From contig OY969474.1 in the NCBI GenBank assembly GCA_963700145.1, positions 1,664,001-1,728,000 of the forward strand: a DNA stretch of 64,000 bases, read 5' to 3'. Of this stretch, positions 32,286 to 41,746 are shown in pieces. Position 1 is the stretch's first letter, and every line of letters starts with the position of its first letter. The notes under the pieces are model-generated. The model worked only from the letters and a program-made list of their open reading frames with translations, made no database searches and had not been told where the DNA came from. Position numbers and translations under genes: made by a program. This DNA comes from an uncultured Acidobacteriota bacterium (lineage in GTDB: Bacteria; Acidobacteriota; Thermoanaerobaculia; Multivoradales; UBA5704).

Positions 32286-33502
32286 GGAGCGATCGCGGCG
32301 GCGGGCGTGGTGACGCCAGGGTAGGCGGCGAGCGCCTCGGCCAGCACCTCGACGGCGCGCTCGAGCTGCGGCCGGGCGAGGACGTAGGCGATGCGCGCCT
32401 CGTCGCGGCCGAGGCCGGGGGTGGCGTAGAACCCCTCGGCGGGGGCGATCATCACGGTGGCCCCCCGGTTGGAGAAGTCGGTCAGGAGAAAGCGCGCGAA
32501 GGCCTCGGCGTCGTCGACCGGCAGGCGGGCGATGAAGTAGAAGGCCCCTTCCGGCTTGCGCAGGAAGACGCCGGGGATGCGGCGCAGGCCTTCGTAGAGG
32601 ACGTCGCGGCGCGCCTGGTACTCCGCGGTCAGGGCGGCGAAGTAGGCGTCCCCCAGCTCGGCGGCACCGGTCGCCGCGAGCTGGCCCAGACCGGGCGGCG
32701 AGAGCCGACCCTGGGCCATCCTCAGACAGGCCTCGTGGACCTCGCGGTTGCGGGTGGCGAGACACCCCACCCGCAGCCCGCAGGCGCTGAAGCGCTTCGA
32801 CAGGCTGTCGGCCATGACCACGTGGTCCTCGTGGCCGGCCAGCTCGAGGACCCCGGTCGCTCGCCTCCCGTCGTAGGTGAACTCGCGGTAGACCTCGTCG
32901 GCGATCAGGAAGAGCTCGTGGTCGCGGCAGAACTCCGCCAGCCAACGCACCTCCTCCGGGCGGTAGACCGTGCCGGTGGGGTTGTTGGGGTTGCAGAGCA
33001 GCGCCAGGCGGGTGCGGGGGGTGAGGGCGCGCTCCCAGGCCGCGGGCGGCGGCAGGTGGAAGCCGTCCTCGCCGCGGGCGGTGAGCGGCACCAGGCGCAC
33101 GCCGGCGAGGGCGGCGAAGGCGTTGTAGTTGGTGTAGTAGGGCTCGGCCACCAGGGCCTCGTCGCCCCACTCGGCGCAGGCCATGAAGGCGAAGAGGAGC
33201 GCCTCGCTGCCTCCGGTCGTCGCCACCAGCTCCTCGCTCCCCAGGTCGAGGCCCCAGCGCCGGTAGTAGCCCTGCAGGAAGTCGAGGTACTCGGGCGTGC
33301 CGCCCGACGAGGTGTAGGCCACCACCTCCGGGATGCAGGCGGCTCGCCGCCGCATCGGCTCGGGCGTCGGCAGATCGGGCTGCCCGATGTTGAGGTGGAG
33401 GACCTCGACCCCCCTCTCCCGGGCCGCATCGGCGAGCGGCATCAGCTTGCGGATGGGCGACGCCGGCACCCGGCGCGCCCGCTGCGAGATCTGGGGGGCC
33501 AT
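32276..33502 (-). CDS. PLP-dependent class I/II (aspartate-type) aminotransferase
   Basis: LNIGQPD, NPNNPTG, DEVYREF, DSLSKRFSACGLRVG. Confidence 0.95.
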   Translation of the reverse strand: MAPQISQRARRVPASPIRKLMPLADAARERGVEVLHLNIGQPDLPTPEPMRRRAACIPEVVAYTSSGGTPEYLDFLQGYYRRWGLDLGSEELVATTGGSEALLFAFMACAEWGDEALVAEPYYTNYNAFAALAGVRLVPLTARGEDGFHLPPPAAWERALTPRTRLALLCNPNNPTGTVYRPEEVRWLAEFCRDHELFLIADEVYREFTYDGRRATGVLELAGHEDHVVMADSLSKRFSACGLRVGCLATRNREVHEACLRMAQGRLSPPGLGQLAATGAAELGDAYFAALTAEYQARRDVLYEGLRRIPGVFLRKPEGAFYFIARLPVDDAEAFARFLLTDFSNRGATVMIAPAEGFYATPGLGRDEARIAYVLARPQLERAVEVLAEALAAYPGVTTPAAAIAPSS

Positions 33503-33577
33503 GGCCCGACTCTAACGCCAAGCCACGCCAGGCCGGAGGACGCGCCGCTCAGGCGGTTCGAGCGGCTCCTCGGGCGC

Positions 33578-33975
33578 CTAGTCCAAGTCCCTCGATAAGC
33601 GCCACCGCCCGGCTGCATCCCAGCGAGCCACGGAGGCCCCGGCGCCATCGCGGCGCGAGGGGCGGGCGGAGTAGACGACCTCGGCGGCGGCCTCGTCCCA
33701 GGCCAAGCGGTCCAGCACCAGAGGGCAGCGGATCCCGTAACGACCCAGGCGAGCCGCCTCCTGCCGCTCCTCCACCCGAACCGCCGCGTGCACCGAGAAG
33801 CCACTGTGGCGCCAGGAGAGGAGGCTCTCGACCACCTCGTCGCCGATCTTGCGGCGCTCGACGAGGAGGCGGAGCACCTCGGGAGTCGAAGTAGAGCAGG
33901 TGGCGAAAGCTGCCGTCGGGGAGCCAACCGCCGTCGGCGAGCAGCACGTGCAAGTGGGGATGCCAGCCTAAGAGA
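33578..33975 (-). pseudogene. IS91-family (HUH/Y2) transposase internal fragment
   Basis: WHPHLHVLLADGG (HUH motif), then after a frame change SWRHSGFSVHAAVRV...RLGRYGIRCP. Confidence 0.75.
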
Positions 33976-33982
33976 CTCCGTC

Positions 33983-34060
33983 TACGACCGGCTGGCGGAC
34001 GTGAAGACCACGTACGACCCCGACAACGTCTTCCACCACAACCGGAACATCCGCCCCGGG
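33983..34060 (+). pseudogene. C-terminal BBE-domain remnant of an FAD-linked oxidase
   Basis: YDRLADVKTTYDPDNVFHHNRNIRP matches the berberine-bridge C-terminal signature. Confidence 0.65.
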
Positions 34061-34109
34061 TTGAGCGACGGTGTGGGTAGTTCCGATGGCGCGGGCGACG
34101 CTTGACGGG

Positions 34110-34335
34110 TGTGGGGTAGTCGCCCGCGACGAAGGCTGGCCATCGGCATCCTGGCCCGAGAGGTGCCAGCGAATGGTCTAATCGGTGACCGGGAGGAAGC
34201 GACGGGGACCGTCGGTGCACTTGATGCGCGGCTTCTCAGCGAGGCCGCGAACCCACTCGTTCGCGCAGGCGGGCGCATACCCCGCCCTCCCGGTCCCCCC
34301 GCTTTCGAACCGGGCGAGGTACGCGTCGTCTGCCA
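34110..34335 (-). pseudogene. remnant of a TOTE-type archaeo-eukaryotic primase/helicase N-terminus
   Basis: Manual translation gives DAYLARFESGGTGRAGYAPACANEWVRGLAEKPRIKC...RFLPVTD*TIRWHLSG, then frameshifted FVAGDYP. Confidence 0.65.
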
Positions 34336-34754
34336 GTTCTCACCTCGTCCTGACTCTCAGGATCGGCTCCGTCAAGTCGGTCGTCAACACCTCGACCTGC
34401 AGGCCGCTTGGCCTGCCGTCGGGCCAGCTGACATTGATCGTGCCGTGGCTATTCTTGAAAAGACCCTGCGAGAAGCCGTAGCTGCCGCCCGGTGCCAGGA
34501 TGTAGACCGCGAGGTCGATTTCTCCCGGCAGGGGATTTCCACTCGGGTCACGGGCGGGAATGATCAACGGAGTACCGTCGTCGCCGATCTTGACGTACCA
34601 GATGGCCAGTCCGCTGTCGGGTATGCCCTGCAGGTTGTTGAAGGGGGCGCCGTCGTAGTTGAAGTAGGCACCTTGGGTGATGTACCCCTCTAGCCGCACG
34701 CAGGTGTAGTCGGGTGCCATGGTCGACAGGCCTGGCGTGCCGACCCAGGTCTGA

Positions 34755-36213
34755 GGGGTTGTCCCTCCCGCTGTTGAAAGAGCAATGAGGTGAAGGCGGC
34801 TCCTCGGCCCACCTGATCGAGAATCGGGTTGGTCGAATAACCGGCCCCGCCAGGGGGCCAAGGAGCCGTGATGAAGACGAGAGCAGAAAGGCGGGTGGTG
34901 TGGCAAGGGGGCCGTGCGGCGCGCATCAGCCACGGGCTACAAGCGCTGCTGCGGCCGATGGTCGAGGGCATCGAGGCCAGCCGCCAGGGGCTGCTGGAGC
35001 TGTTTCACGCCGCGGGCGTCGAGGCCCTGGGGCGGCAGCTCGCGGACGAGGTCGAGGCCGTCGTCGGTCCGAAGCGTCGGCGCAATCCGACCCGCGAGGC
35101 GTACCGCTGGGGCTCGACGGCGAGCGAGTTCGTGCTGGGTGGCCGCCAGGTGGCGCTGCCGCGACCGCGCGTCCGGCGACGCGACGGTGGCGAGATGAGC
35201 TTGCCTTCGGTGCGCGCCTTTCAGGACGAAGATCCCTTCACGGAGCGGGTGATCGAGCAGGCGCTGGTCGGCGTCTCGCAGCGCCGCTACGGTCGGAGCT
35301 TGGAGCCGCTCGCAGAGTCGGTGCCGGAGCGCGCGACGAGCAAGAGTGCGGTCCAGCGCCGGCTGGTGGCGGGGACGCGTCGTCTGCTGGGCGCGTGGCT
35401 GCGCCGAGACCTGTCGGACTTCCAGCCCCTGATCCTGATGATCGACGGGCTGGAGGTGGCCGGCCACACCCTGGTGGTGGCACTCGGCATCGCGCGCGAC
35501 GGGACCAAGCGGGTGCTCGGCCTGCGTGAAGGCGCGACGGAGAACGCGGCGCTCTGTACCGGCCTGCTCCAGGAGCTGTTGGAGCGAGGCCTCGCGATGC
35601 CGCCGCGCTTCTTGGCGGTGCTCGACGGCGGCAAGGGGCTGCGCAAGGCCGTGCGCGCCGTCTTCGGGGACGCAACCCACGTCCAGCGCTGCCAGCTCCA
35701 CAAGCGCCGCAACGTCCGCGACCACCTGCCCAAGCAGCTCCAAGCCCGGGTCGACCGCCTGATGGTCGAGGCCTACCAGAGCGCTCGCTTCGACCTCGCC
35801 AAGCGTCGCCTCGAGCAGCTTGCCCGCTGGCTCGAGCACGCAGGCCACGCGGGCGCCGCGGGCAGCCTGCGCGAGGGCCTCGACGAGACCCTCACCGCCT
35901 TGCGGCTGAAGCTGCCCGACGCTCTGCGCCGGTTGCTCGCCTCGACCAACGCGATCGAGAACACGATCGGCTCGATCCGTACGACGACGCGCAACGTCAA
36001 GCGCTGGCGCGGCGGCGACATGGTGCTGCGCTGGGTCGCCCTGGCGCTGTGTGACGCGGAGGCTGGCTTCCGGCGTGTCAAGGGACATCGGCACCTCGGG
36101 GCTCTCGAGCTCGCGCTCGCGGCGATCGAGGAACCGACGAACACCAAGGCCGTGGCATGATCAACCGAGCCGCTTTCCCTCTTTCGGCTTTCAACAGGGA
36201 ACGGGGCATCCCC
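34755..36213 (+). mobile_element. IS256-family insertion sequence with 9-bp TSD CAGGTCTGA
   Basis: IRs GGGGTTGTCCC...CTGTTGAAAG and (reverse complement) GGGGATGCCCC...CTGTTGAAAG. TSD at 34746-34754 and 36214-36222. Confidence 0.9.
34868..36160 (+). CDS. IS256-family transposase
   Basis: GVSQRR, LMIDG, VLDGGKGL, QRCQLHKRRN, STNAIE. Confidence 0.94.
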   Translation: MMKTRAERRVVWQGGRAARISHGLQALLRPMVEGIEASRQGLLELFHAAGVEALGRQLADEVEAVVGPKRRRNPTREAYRWGSTASEFVLGGRQVALPRPRVRRRDGGEMSLPSVRAFQDEDPFTERVIEQALVGVSQRRYGRSLEPLAESVPERATSKSAVQRRLVAGTRRLLGAWLRRDLSDFQPLILMIDGLEVAGHTLVVALGIARDGTKRVLGLREGATENAALCTGLLQELLERGLAMPPRFLAVLDGGKGLRKAVRAVFGDATHVQRCQLHKRRNVRDHLPKQLQARVDRLMVEAYQSARFDLAKRRLEQLARWLEHAGHAGAAGSLREGLDETLTALRLKLPDALRRLLASTNAIENTIGSIRTTTRNVKRWRGGDMVLRWVALALCDAEAGFRRVKGHRHLGALELALAAIEEPTNTKAVA

Positions 36214-38284
36214 CAGGTCTGATCGGCCGTCAGGTAGTTGTCGCTACGCGAAGGGCTGAACCAGGAATACAAGGGGAGCGTATTCGCGGGCCGTGCTAGA
36301 GCCGGGTCGTAGACGTAGCCCAGCACCCCCTGGCTGACGTATGGCCTCCTGCGGTCTCCCCTCACTCCCGCCCATGCGGGATTGGTAGTGGTAAAGCCGT
36401 CCCCATAGGTACTGCTGTACCAGCCATAGAGGGGAACGGTCCCGGCCGGTGGCGGATTTGCAGGGGTGAAGACGAACCCCTCAATCTTGTGGAACCTGGA
36501 AGACAGGGTGCTGGGACCGAACAGCACGTCGCCACCGTGGCTGGTCGTAGCCCAGTTGTCGCCGCGGTCGCTGTCCCAGAGATTGTAGAGCGGTATCAAG
36601 TCGCCGCGACCGCTCAGTTGGTGCGTGTGGCGGTATTCGAGGATGAAGAACTCGCGCTTGCCTCTGGCGGGGTCGTAGAACACATAGGCCTTGCCAGTAG
36701 AGTTCTTGGGGTTCTCGGTGGCCAATATCTCGAACGGTCCCTCTGTCCCAATTTGCCTCACGATAGGCTCGATCCAGCCCATCAGTATCTTGTTCATCGG
36801 ATCCGGGTGCGACAGCCGTATGCCGCCTTGGATCGCGGCCATGAGGGAGTACTGGTAGTTCTTGCCGAATCCGGCTCCGTAGACATCCACTCCTCCCACG
36901 TAGTGGATCATTTCGTGGCCGAGCACCGAGAGGTTGTTGACGGCGTCCTGGACGACGGTGATGCCGTTGGTCTGGATGCGCAAGCCTCCAGTCAGCCCGA
37001 CGTCGATCCCGATCTTCTGGGCGCCGCCCACCAGCCCGTTCCCTTCCCACAGGTAGAGAGGCGTCGTGTCCCGTGGTTGCGGCAACGCCGGGTCGAAAAT
37101 GAAGCCCTCGCCCCTCACCAGGGAATAGCCCCCCTCCCTCAGTGCCCGCGCCTCCGGGCTCGAGCCGCCCGTCGTCGTCAACAGGTAGTCGCGCCGCACC
37201 GGGTTGTACCAGGTGAAGATCTCAACGGTATTCGCCGGGCGTGCCCGCGAGGCCGCAAACACGTAGCCGAACGCCCGGTCGGTGGTGTAGCCGGCAGGCA
37301 CACCACGCTCGTGGCTGGCGCGGGTGGTGGTGTAGTTATCCTTGGGGGTGGGGTCGTGCCAGAAATGCAGTGCCCGCGTTCCGTCGGGGGCCGCCGACAG
37401 GCTGGGCGAATAGATGTAGCCCAAGTGCCTGATGAAGGCATAGCCCAGGTCATTGAAGACATTCGGGCCCGAATGTCCGGGCACTGGCGGCCACTCGGTC
37501 GTCGCAAAGAACTCGTGAGCCTCCCGGTTGGAGTTGATGATGTTGATGGACAGCTCGTCGGGGCGAATCACCCCGTCCCTGTTCTTGTCGAAGGGCCTGA
37601 AATCGAAGCCGGATCTTGCGGCCTCCGCCAGCACCAGCGAAGCGTAAGCGTTGCCGGTGGGAGTTCCGCTGAGCTTGCTTTCGTCGGCGGGCGTGCCGGG
37701 AATGTCTCTGGCCGGAATCGGCCCGACGATCCCGGCGTTCAGGAAGTTCACGTTGCCGTTGGTCATCTGGTCGTAGAACCCGAAACTCCCCGCGAGGCTC
37801 GGCTTGACCGGAGTCGTGCTGCCGCCGAAGACCAGCTCGGTGTACCGAGCCCGGTAGTCGGGGGAAAAAGTTCCGTATCCGACAGCTGCCAGAGCACGGT
37901 AAGGACAGAGACTGCACCCCAAGCAGGGGTAGCCTTGAAGCCAAAGTTCTCGGCTGGTTCCGCAGAGGCGGCGCCGTGGGCAAGGAGAGCGAGCGCGATG
38001 AAGAGAGAGCTAGCTTTCATTCCAGATCCTCCGTTAACGCCACCGTTGAAGATGTCGGCCTGCGGCTCACGTGGAAGGAATTCGCGACCTGCACCTGCTT
38101 TCTGACAGGCGGACTCCCAGGAGCGAATGTCGCTGGCGTCGCCATGAGACGCGAAGGCGGGCAACGTCGCAGGCTTGCCCTTGTTCGCAGGTCGACTACT
38201 TCGCGAACAGAGGCAACGCCTGTTCGCGTCCACGTTCCAGTACGTCTTCCACCACGAGAGCGAAGACAGCATCACCATCGTGCC

Positions 38285-38301
38285 GTGTAGGAAGTCGCTT
38301 T
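38285..38301 (-). mobile_element. oriIS-like end of an IS91/ISCR element
   Basis: GTGTAGGAAGT on the + strand resembles the ISCR oriIS GTATAGGAAGT and lies about 220 bp downstream of the transposase C-terminal fragment. Confidence 0.45.
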
Positions 38302-38515
38302 TGGGCCGCGACGGGTGCGAGCGTCCAATCGTAGCGATCAGAGCGGCCTGGGGCCACAGCGAGGGCCGATCCGAGGCCGGGAATCCGCGCTCGCGCCATT
38401 CCTGCGTTGGCGGAGAGCTGTGTGTAGGTGTCACTGACCCGAGAGTCCAAGAGGGAAGGGCGCAGAGCGCACACCCCTTCCACGGCCGTCCTTTCGCGTG
38501 GCGGGCCGGGGCCGG

Positions 38516-38794
38516 TCAGGTGGGGGCGTAGACGAGCTCGTCGGGGTGCTGGAGCAGGCGATAGACCGAGGAGCGGTCGACGAGGAACGCGACGATGCGC
38601 ATCGCGGCGCCACAAAAGGTGCACAGCAGCGGATCGATCTCGTAGACCTTGCGGATGAGCTGCGACCAGGAGAGACGCCGGCTCTTGGCTTCGTCGCCCG
38701 ATTCGGTGTGCCTTCTGGGGGTGGCGCCCGACTCGCCCTGCAGCCGGCGCCGCCGGCCCCGGGCGGCGTTGCTGTACCAGCCGCAGTAGCGCAC
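38516..38794 (-). pseudogene. IS91-family transposase C-terminal fragment
   Basis: RYCGWYSN, WSQLIRKVYEIDPLLCTFCGAAMRIVAF. Confidence 0.8.
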
Positions 38795-38835
38795 GAGCTG
38801 TGGTGCTCGCCGGGCGAGGGTGGTACCTTAGGGTC

Positions 38836-39150
38836 GTGAGCGTCGCCGGGAAGATGATCGTCGACTACATCGAGTCGACGCCGGGGGTGTGCGGTGGGCG
38901 CGCGCGCATCGCCAGCACCCGCATGAAGGTCAGTCAGGTGGCCGCCGAGTACGAACACCTCGGCATGACCCCGGACGAGATCGTGGACGCCCATCCCCAC
39001 CTCACCCTCGCCGGTGTCCACGCAGCGCTCGCCTACTACTACGACCACCGTGACGCCATCCGCGCCGAATGGCGCGAGACGGATGACTTCATCGCCGAGA
39101 TGAGGGAGCGGCAAGCGGCCCTGGCGGCCGGCAAGCACCCCCGCCCGTAG
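38836..39150 (+). CDS. DUF433 antitoxin-like protein
   Basis: IESTPGVCGGRARIASTR...TPDEI...PHLTLAGVHAALAYY; TACCTT lies 6 nt before the GTG. Confidence 0.9.
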   Translation: MSVAGKMIVDYIESTPGVCGGRARIASTRMKVSQVAAEYEHLGMTPDEIVDAHPHLTLAGVHAALAYYYDHRDAIRAEWRETDDFIAEMRERQAALAAGKHPRP

Positions 39151-39159
39151 GCGACACGT

Positions 39160-39357
39160 TTGCCCCTGCGCCTCTACGCCGACGAGTGCGTCAACGGGCA
39201 CCTCGTCGCCGGCCTGCGGCCTGCCGCTGGTGAGCCGGCTCCTCCACGAAGGCGGGACTTCCCGGGTCTCATCTTCATCCTGCCGCGGACATCCCTCGCC
39301 GCGGCCCTGCGCTCGATCGGCCTAAAGCCTCCGCCGAACAATCCGCTCCAGCCCTAG
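39160..39357 (+). pseudogene. DUF5615 PIN-like toxin, internally deleted
   Basis: LRLYADECV...LVAGLR is joined to ...FPGLIFI; the central D...TxD motifs are missing. Confidence 0.65.
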
Positions 39358-39588
39358 CCGGTCCACGCGCACCTTCGCGACCGGCTTGCCGTCGCGCAGG
39401 AGGACTGGAACGGCTTCACCGTAGCGCAGGCGGAGGGTGGGGTTGCCGTCTACGTCCACCGGTTGCCAGGTGAGGCCGTAGGCGGGGAGGACCTCGTCGA
39501 GCAGGGCGGCCATCTCGTGGCAGAGGTGGCAGCCGGCGCGGGTCACCAGTTCGTAGCGGGCAGCCGGGGCGGCGGGTTTGCCGGGCAT
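39322..39588 (-). CDS. glutaredoxin-like protein (DUF836), copy 2
   Basis: TRAGCHLC; nearly identical protein to 32004-32246. Confidence 0.88.
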   Translation of the reverse strand: MPGKPAAPAARYELVTRAGCHLCHEMAALLDEVLPAYGLTWQPVDVDGNPTLRLRYGEAVPVLLRDGKPVAKVRVDRLGLERIVRRRL

Positions 39589-39600
39589 CCTGGCCGCCTA

Positions 39601-39972
39601 GAGCTCTTCCCGGACGACCCGGGCACTGGTGCGACGGACCGGGAACTCTGCCCGGACGGTCCGGGAGTTGTTCCCGCGGCTTGGGAACTCTGCCCGGACG
39701 GATCGGGAACTGTTCCGAAGGCCTGGGAACTCCGCCCGGACGAACCGGGCATTGTTCCCGCGCCCTGGGAACTCTGCCCGGACGAGTCGGGAGCTGTTCC
39801 CGACGCCCAGGAACTCCGCCCGGACGGTCCGGGCACTGTTCCCACGGCTCGGGGAACGCTCCCCGCCGCCCCGGAACTCTGCCCGAAGCGTTCGGGCATT
39901 GTTCCAATCGAAAAGGAACTCTGCCCGGTTCGTCCGGGCACTGTTCCTACGGCTCGGGAACTCTTCGGAGCC
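39601..39972. repeat. 42-bp tandem array of ~35-bp imperfect palindromes, left part
   Basis: Units start at 39641, 39683, 39725, 39767, 39809, (half unit 39851), 39872 and 39914. Consensus GGGAACTCTGCCCGGACGGTCCGGGCACTGTTCCC plus a 7-nt linker. Confidence 0.9.
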
Positions 39973-40006
39973 TGTCAAGCCCGTTGAGACAGAGTTCAGA
40001 GAGAAA

Positions 40007-41016
40007 TTAGGGAAGTCTCGTCGGGGTGTCCTCCTGGGGAGGGTTGATCCAGACGGCCTGGGGGAGTTGCCGAGGACGGGGCACGCGGTGGAAGCGTTCC
40101 GGGTGGGCGGCGTAGGCCGCACGGAGGACGTCGGCGCGGCGGGCGAGGATCTCGGGGGCGCGGCCGAAATGGACGTCGGCGGGGGTCAGCAGCGCCAGGC
40201 CAGAGTGGTGGTGCTGGTGGTTGTACCAGGGGAAGAAACCGCGGCAGAAGAGCCGGCCGTCCTCGAGCGAGCCAAAGCGATCGGGAAACAGCGGATGGTA
40301 CTTCAGGGTCTTGAGTTGGGCCTCGGAGTAGGGATTGTCGTTGCTGGTGTGGGGGCGGCTGTGGCTGTTGAGGATCCCGAGGTCGGCCAGCAGCTGAGCC
40401 ACCGACTTCGACGTCATGCTCGGGCCGCGATCGGCGTGCAGCGTCAGCGCGCCCGCGACCACGGGATACTTGGCAAGGGTCTCGGCCAGCAGACGCTGAG
40501 CGAGCAGCTCACTCTCGCGTTGGGCCAGCAGCCAGCCGACGACGTAGCGGCTGAAGATGTCGAGCACCACGTAGAGGCTGTAGTGGATCCCCTTGGCCGG
40601 CCCGCGGAGCTTGGTGATGTCCAGGACCAGACCTGGTTGGGGCCGGTGGCCAAGAGCTCGGGCTTGCGGTAGAGGGGGTGGCGCAGCTGGTGGCGTCGCT
40701 CCCGCACCTCGCCCTGGCGCGCCAGCAGGCGGTACATGGTGCGCACCGAGCAGAGGTAGTGACCTTCGTCGAGCAGGGTGGCGTGGACCTGAGCCGGGGA
40801 GGCGTCGACGAAGCGCGGGCTATGGAGGACCTCCAGGGTCTGCCGGCGTTCGTCGGCGCTGAGGGCCCGCGCCGGCGTGGGCCGGGGCGGCGGCGGCCGT
40901 CGCGGCCCGGCGCCGGCTTGGCGGCGGTGACGGTCCAGCGACGAGCGCGGCACACCCAGAGCCGTGCAGGCCCTCTGGACCCCGACGCGCTCGGCCAGCG
41001 CGGGCACAGCGCTCAT
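40007..41016 (-). pseudogene. IS3 orfB DDE transposase, frameshifted near 40621
   Basis: PELLATGPNQVWSW is followed by a 1-nt loss before DITKL; then LDIFSRYVVGW, LHADRG, SNDNPYSE. Confidence 0.85.
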
Positions 41017-41549
41017 GCGCTCGTCTCGTCCTCGTCGGGTGCGGTCAGGCGGATGCCCAGCACCTCCGAGAGTTTTTTTTGCACCTCGACGATGGCCTCG
41101 GCCTGCTGCAGCGCGCGCTGCAACCGCTGGTTGTCGCGCTCGAGCCGACGCAGGTGCTCGCGCAAGGCCGTGTCGGGGTCGGGCTTGCGCCCGCGCGGAC
41201 GGCCGAGGGCTGCGGCGCCTCCCTGCCGGTGGAGGGCACGCCAGCGGCCGAGATGGGAAGCGTACAGTCCTTCCCGCCGCAACAACGCACCGATCTCGCC
41301 GCGGCCCTGGCAACGGTCGGCCTGCTCGAGGATGCGCAGTTTGTAGGCGACCGAAAACTGCCGCCGCCGGGCCTTGGGCTCGACCTCAGGATCCGGGAGC
41401 GGATCCCGCGGCCCAGCCCGCAGCGTCGTGGGCGAGGAGGGTGGGGAGGCCTCTCCTCCCCCGCCCCCGGCCTCCCCACCCTCCCCGCCGACCCTTGCCT
41501 CCGCCCCCTGGACCCGCCACCCATCCTGCCTCTCCAACCCTCGCTTCAT
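41013..41549 (-). CDS. IS3 orfA transposase (HTH); start uncertain
   Basis: RRQFSVAYKLRIL, GALLRREGLYASHL..WR, AIVEVQKK. Confidence 0.85.
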   Translation of the reverse strand: MKRGLERQDGWRVQGAEARVGGEGGEAGGGGGEASPPSSPTTLRAGPRDPLPDPEVEPKARRRQFSVAYKLRILEQADRCQGRGEIGALLRREGLYASHLGRWRALHRQGGAAALGRPRGRKPDPDTALREHLRRLERDNQRLQRALQQAEAIVEVQKKLSEVLGIRLTAPDEDETSA

Positions 41550-41620
41550 CGCCGCGCCTCTCTCCGCCCTCTACCCTATTTTGAGCACGCTCGCCTGTCT
41601 CACGGGATGTTGGCAGAGAG

Positions 41621-41741
41621 GGCTTCCCGGACCGTCCGGGCATTGTTCCCACTGAAAAAGAACTCTGCCCGGTCCGTCCGGGCGTTGTTCCTCGGTCCTG
41701 GGAACTGTTCCCGGAGCGTCCGGGCGCTGTTCCTCGCCACG
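41621..41741. repeat. 42-bp palindromic tandem array, right part (about 3 units)
   Basis: Same unit at ~41621, 41658 and 41700, directly after the guaA stop. Confidence 0.85.
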
Positions 41742-41746
41742 CTCCC

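Larger units (their letters stand above)
34340..38020 (-). pseudogene. secreted M6-type (immune inhibitor A-like) metalloprotease with DUF5648-like repeats; interrupted by IS256 and frameshifted near 37865
   Basis: Signal peptide MKASSLFIAL at 38020, FDKNRDG, HEMIHYVGGVDVY, YSLMA, REFFILEYR, GLAIWYV. Removing the IS restores ...TADQTW|VGTPGL. Confidence 0.8.
39973..41615 (-). mobile_element. IS3-family insertion sequence
   Basis: Ends TGTCAAGCCCGTTGAGACAG and (reverse complement) TGCCAACATCCCGTGAGACAG; orfA and orfB inside; no clear TSD. Confidence 0.8.

Noticed and set aside
39416-40122. Repeat-protein CDS in the palindromic array
   Set aside because: Several frames on both strands are open, with no convincing start or RBS, so no frame can be favoured.
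39601-41741. CRISPR array
   Set aside because: Variable linkers are only 7 nt, the repeats are degenerate, and no cas genes are in the window.
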